Shown here one piece after another: positions 60,918-64,000 of a DNA stretch of 64,000 nucleotides. The translations under genes and the position numbers were made by a program. The notes below the pieces were generated by a model. The model saw only the letters and a program-made list of their open reading frames with translations, ran no database searches and was not told where the DNA came from. The stretch is taken from positions 52,566 through 116,565 of the forward strand of contig JAOAIL010000001.1 of NCBI GenBank assembly GCA_026414725.1. The letters run 5' to 3'. The DNA comes from a bacterium (GTDB lineage Bacteria > Ratteibacteria > UBA8468 > B48-G9 > JAFGKM01). How positions within the stretch are numbered: the first letter of the stretch is position 1; each line of letters starts with the position of its first letter.

Positions 60918-61691
60918 TTAATTACGTTCAAAAGTAAACCCATTTTCATCAGTAGTAGCATAAAAATTAGGGTCTGTAGAATTCATATATTTATTTTTTA
61001 CCCACTGAGCATGTCCATCTACAAATAGAACATTCATACCACTGGAATGTCTGGGTGGGTACATCTCCCCGGGGCCCTTCCAGAAACAATTCACACCAGC
61101 ACGTGCAATATCTTTACTCTGTTCATCTCTCCGTAAACCCCATTCATATAAAAGAACTACTTTTGAATTGTCTTTCCTTACCTCTGATAGACGACGATTC
61201 CTGTTAGGACCCCAGTCGGGTGTCAATAATAATCGGTTTCCCCAGTAACTGCAGGATGCCTTATCCTCAGTAACCCATGTAGAAAAAGCGATTTCTTTAG
61301 GACATCTAAATGGATTAGACCGCGCTGTCATAAACCTCTCTACAAGTATATATTTATGCAGAGAAACACCTATATCACTATCAAAATCCGTCCAGGTCTT
61401 TCCTCTTACATATCTCTCTATTGCCCATGCCCAGTTGTTGGGTTTTACATTATACTGGTAAATATTCACAAGGTCATTCGGGTCTGATGATTGTAATGGG
61501 AAATACTCTCCGTTATCCTGTAGATACATCATAAAACCAAGTCCTAACTGCTTAAGATTATTCAAACACGTTGCCTGTCTTGCCCTCTCCCTCGCCTGTG
61601 AAAGTGCTGGTAGTAATATCGCAGCAAGAATAGCAATGATTGCTACCACTACCAGAAGTTCTATTAGGGTAAACCCGCTTCTTCTTTCCAT
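60918..61691 (-). CDS. DUF1559 prepilin-type N-terminal cleavage/methylation-domain protein (paralogue)
   Basis: [57 protein letters not shown]-terminal [14 protein letters not shown]. Confidence 0.8.
   Translation of the reverse strand: MERRSGFTLIELLVVVAIIAILAAILLPALSQARERARQATCLNNLKQLGLGFMMYLQDNGEYFPLQSSDPNDLVNIYQYNVKPNNWAWAIERYVRGKTWTDFDSDIGVSLHKYILVERFMTARSNPFRCPKEIAFSTWVTEDKASCSYWGNRLLLTPDWGPNRNRRLSEVRKDNSKVVLLYEWGLRRDEQSKDIARAGVNCFWKGPGEMYPPRHSSGMNVLFVDGHAQWVKNKYMNSTDPNFYATTDENGFTFERN
61501..61660. repeat. Direct repeat copy 2 (5' end of the paralogous DUF1559 gene)
   Basis: See copy 1. Encodes the shared pilin-like N-terminus [17 protein letters not shown]. Confidence 0.85.
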
Positions 61692-61715
61692 TTCCCTTCC
61701 TCTCTTTCAATCTTA

Positions 61716-62723
61716 TTATTTAACTTTTACAGGGCCTGTAGAGTTCCTTATTATCAATTCTGGAGTGAATATAATCTTCTGATTGTTTCTCTTTTCACTT
61801 TGTTCTATCATTTCAAATAAAACTTCTGCTGACTTCTGTCCTATCATGAAGGTTTGCTGTCCAACGGTTGTTAAAGGGATATCAAAGAAAGAGAGTAATT
61901 CTATGTTATCATAACCTACAATAGAAACATCCTCTGGAACTTTTTTACCTGCTTCCCTGAGTACCTTCATAACATTCAATGCTATACTATCACTCCAACA
62001 CAATATACCTGTTGGAGGGTTTTCCATATTTATCAGGGAAATCACGTTCTTTTTCAAAATATCTTTTTCTGTATTTCCCCAGAATGTATAGTCCTTCCTA
62101 TATGGGATTCCATATTTTTCAAGTGTATATCTGTATCCATTCAACATATTGATATCAGAAGGTATATTAGGAGAATTGCCAAAATAAGCAATATTCTTAT
62201 GTCCGAGAGAGATGAGATGCTCTGTCGCCATCCGCATACCCTCATAATCATCCTCACCTACATATACACAGTCCAGCCCATCTATCATTTCACTCATCAG
62301 TACCAACGGAACGTCTACGTTTTTAAGGAGCGCTTTAACCTCTGAACTGTTAGAAGAAGATGTTACTATAAGCCCATCTACTTTTCTCGCAATCAATCTT
62401 TTTACATTACTTATCTCATCATCTTTACCTTCGCTGAAACAACTTATAAGTGTATAGTGGTTTTTAAAACAGATATACTGGATACCTCTAAGTCGGTCCA
62501 TATGGGATGGATTATCAAAAAAAGATGTTAAGAATCCTATTGTAGCGGTCTTCTTACTGACAAGTGAGCGCGCCATCAGGTTGGGTATATAACCCATCTC
62601 CTTTGCTACCCTTTTTACTCTCTCCTTTGTATGTTTTGAAATGTCAGGACTGTCATTTAATGCCTTTGATACAGTTCCTACAGATATCCCCAGTTTCTTT
62701 GCAATGTCTTTTACTGTAATCAT
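61716..62723 (-). CDS. LacI-family transcriptional regulator
   Basis: HTH ITVKDIAKKLGISVGTVSKALN and a periplasmic-binding-protein-like sugar-binding domain. Start trimmed to the ATG at 62723. Confidence 0.8.
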   Translation of the reverse strand: MITVKDIAKKLGISVGTVSKALNDSPDISKHTKERVKRVAKEMGYIPNLMARSLVSKKTATIGFLTSFFDNPSHMDRLRGIQYICFKNHYTLISCFSEGKDDEISNVKRLIARKVDGLIVTSSSNSSEVKALLKNVDVPLVLMSEMIDGLDCVYVGEDDYEGMRMATEHLISLGHKNIAYFGNSPNIPSDINMLNGYRYTLEKYGIPYRKDYTFWGNTEKDILKKNVISLINMENPPTGILCWSDSIALNVMKVLREAGKKVPEDVSIVGYDNIELLSFFDIPLTTVGQQTFMIGQKSAEVLFEMIEQSEKRNNQKIIFTPELIIRNSTGPVKVK

Positions 62724-62792
62724 TTTAAACGTTTTCTTTGTCTTGTAAAAAAATAGCATATTTATTAAATTTTGTCAAGTACTTAAACGTAT

Positions 62793-62820
62793 TCTTAAAT
62801 AGAGATTCTTAAATAGAGAT
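62793..62820. promoter_or_regulatory. Perfect tandem 14-bp direct repeat in the lacI/DUF1343 divergent intergenic region (candidate regulator site)
   Basis: TCTTAAATAGAGAT occurs twice, at 62793-62806 and 62807-62820. A candidate -10 (TGTGGTAATAT) lies downstream at ~62856-62866. Confidence 0.3.
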
Positions 62821-62884
62821 ATTTTTCAGATAATGAATTCCGATTAAAATAAAATTGTGGTAATATAAATAACAGGTTAAAATT

Positions 62885-64000
62885 ATGAAGAAAATATCAT
62901 TTTACTCTGCACGATATCATCTTTTTATTCTCTTCTTTATTCTGTTATCTGGAATCTGCATGAGCGGAGAAATATCTGTAAAATTGGGAGTAGATATTCT
63001 ATCTCATACACTTCTTCAAGGGAAAAAGGTTGGACTTATTACGAACCAGACAGGTATGGACAGTAACCTTATCCCATCTGTAGAAATAATCTCTCGGCTG
63101 CCTGATGTGAAACTTGTTGCACTCTTTGGTCCTGAACATGGATTTAAAGGTGGCAGGATGGGAATCATCACAGGGGAAGGAGAAGAGAAAGGCATAAAGG
63201 TATTCAGTTTATATGGTGCCACGAGAAGACCCACAGCAGAGATGTTAAAAGGGATTGATGTCCTTATCTTTGATATACAGGATGTTGGAGCACGCTCATA
63301 CACCTATATCTCTACAATGAGATACTGTATGGAAGAGGTAGCAAAGAATAATATCCAGTTTGTAGTACTTGACAGACCAAATCCACTGGGTGGGTTGCTT
63401 GTAGATGGACCAGTACTGGATATGAATTTTGAATCATTTGTGGGGTCTGCTCCAATACCATATGTCCATGGAATGACTGTGGGAGAGATTGCTCTATTTC
63501 TTAATAAAGAACTTAATATAAATTGCAACCTTACTGTGATAAAAATGGAGGGATGGAAAAGAGAGATGCTATGGGAAGATACAGGACTCATATGGATACC
63601 TACATCCCCTCACATCCCTGAACCTGATACTCCCTTCTTCTACCCTATCACTGGTATCCTCGGAGAATTAGGATTAGTAAATGTGGGGGTGGGATATACC
63701 CTTCCCTTCAAACTGGTTGGTGCACCATGGATTGATGCAGAAAAGATAACATCTTATCTGAACAACAAAAAACTTTCAGGTGTATATTTCCAGACATTTC
63801 ATTTCACTCCTTTTTATGGACTTTACAACGGGCAGGAGTGCAACGGCTTTAGGATTATTATCACCGACAAAAGGAAATATAAACCAGTGGAGATATGCTA
63901 TCACATAATAGAAGCACTGTTGAAACTATATCCTGAAAAGTTTAATTTTTCTGCTGCCTCTCCTTCTAATATAGATATGTTTGATAAGGTCAATGGAAGT
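62885..64000 (+). CDS. DUF1343-family protein (NamZ-like exo-beta-N-acetylmuramidase), 3'-truncated at window end
   Basis: Signal peptide, then GKKVGLITNQTG, LFGPEHGF, DVLIFDIQDVGAR and LDRPNPLGG. The ORF runs off the window. Confidence 0.75.
   Translation, partial: MKKISFYSARYHLFILFFILLSGICMSGEISVKLGVDILSHTLLQGKKVGLITNQTGMDSNLIPSVEIISRLPDVKLVALFGPEHGFKGGRMGIITGEGEEKGIKVFSLYGATRRPTAEMLKGIDVLIFDIQDVGARSYTYISTMRYCMEEVAKNNIQFVVLDRPNPLGGLLVDGPVLDMNFESFVGSAPIPYVHGMTVGEIALFLNKELNINCNLTVIKMEGWKREMLWEDTGLIWIPTSPHIPEPDTPFFYPITGILGELGLVNVGVGYTLPFKLVGAPWIDAEKITSYLNNKKLSGVYFQTFHFTPFYGLYNGQECNGFRIIITDKRKYKPVEICYHIIEALLKLYPEKFNFSAASPSNIDMFDKVNGS

Noticed and set aside
62761-62884. Canonical palindromic LacI operator in lacI-namZ intergenic region
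   Set aside because: I searched for a TGnAAnCG-CGnTTnCA-type palindrome. Only the non-palindromic segment TTAAACGTATTC was found, so no operator is called.
63016-63591. Two 95-aa minus-strand ORFs near window end
   Set aside because: Both are antisense to the DUF1343/NamZ-like plus-strand gene, which has conserved motifs. Low complexity.
1-64000. CRISPR arrays, IS elements, integrases, prophage genes
   Set aside because: No regularly spaced direct repeats were found. No transposase, integrase or phage-structural protein signatures appear in any frame. The only repeats seen are the DUF1559 paralogue segment and the 14-bp tandem repeat.

Overview
This window looks like a chromosomal segment from an AT-rich (~35% GC), lysine-rich, streamlined bacterium. 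The prepilin-like DUF1559 proteins, archaeal-type PdaD and a DRG-family GTPase suggest the PVC superphylum or a candidate phylum (inference only). I found no rRNA, CRISPR array, transposase or integrase, so this does not look like a classical mobile island; the novelty is in unusual gene fusions, orphan subunits and gene pairings.

Core genes on the minus strand at the 5' end: a truncated lon N-terminus (missed by the ORF track), clpP, tig, tRNA-Gly(TCC) and tRNA-Tyr(GTA). Plus-strand core genes follow.
- tsaE, a URO-D/MtaA-like methyltransferase, a ROK glucokinase and fmt.
- A glycosylation trio: a GT9, a GT2, and an 1156-aa fusion of an ArnT/PMT-like GT-C, a PAP2 phosphatase and a PHP phosphoesterase.
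- ftsK, a RodZ-like HTH protein and rimO.
- A CheY-like receiver translationally coupled to a DRG/Rbg1-family GTPase.
- rpsF-ssb-rpsR-rplI-dnaB, mlaEFD, radA, a YacL-like PIN/TRAM protein, ispD and argJ.
- An orphan V-type ATPase subunit I, then tyrS, a class II aldolase, folP and ruvX.

ArgS and rbfA sit on the minus strand. Further minus-strand genes include a malic enzyme, a membrane pyrophosphatase, pth and rplY.

The 3' half is more accessory-like:
- Four glycoside hydrolases: GH78-like, clan GH-D-like, a 985-aa clan GH-A enzyme and a partial DUF1343/NamZ.
- T2SS/T4P parts: a GspG-like pseudopilin and GspE.
- A small Cys-rich ORF next to a TlpA-like thioredoxin lipoprotein, and a PHP phosphoesterase.
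- A radical-SAM/SPASM enzyme overlapping an archaeal-type pyruvoyl arginine decarboxylase (pdaD) followed by agmatinase.
- An orphan histidine kinase and a non-pyrrolysine MttB-family methyltransferase.
- A LacI-regulated cassette in which two DUF1559 prepilin-like paralogues (sharing a 75-bp identical core) flank the large GH-A glycosidase.
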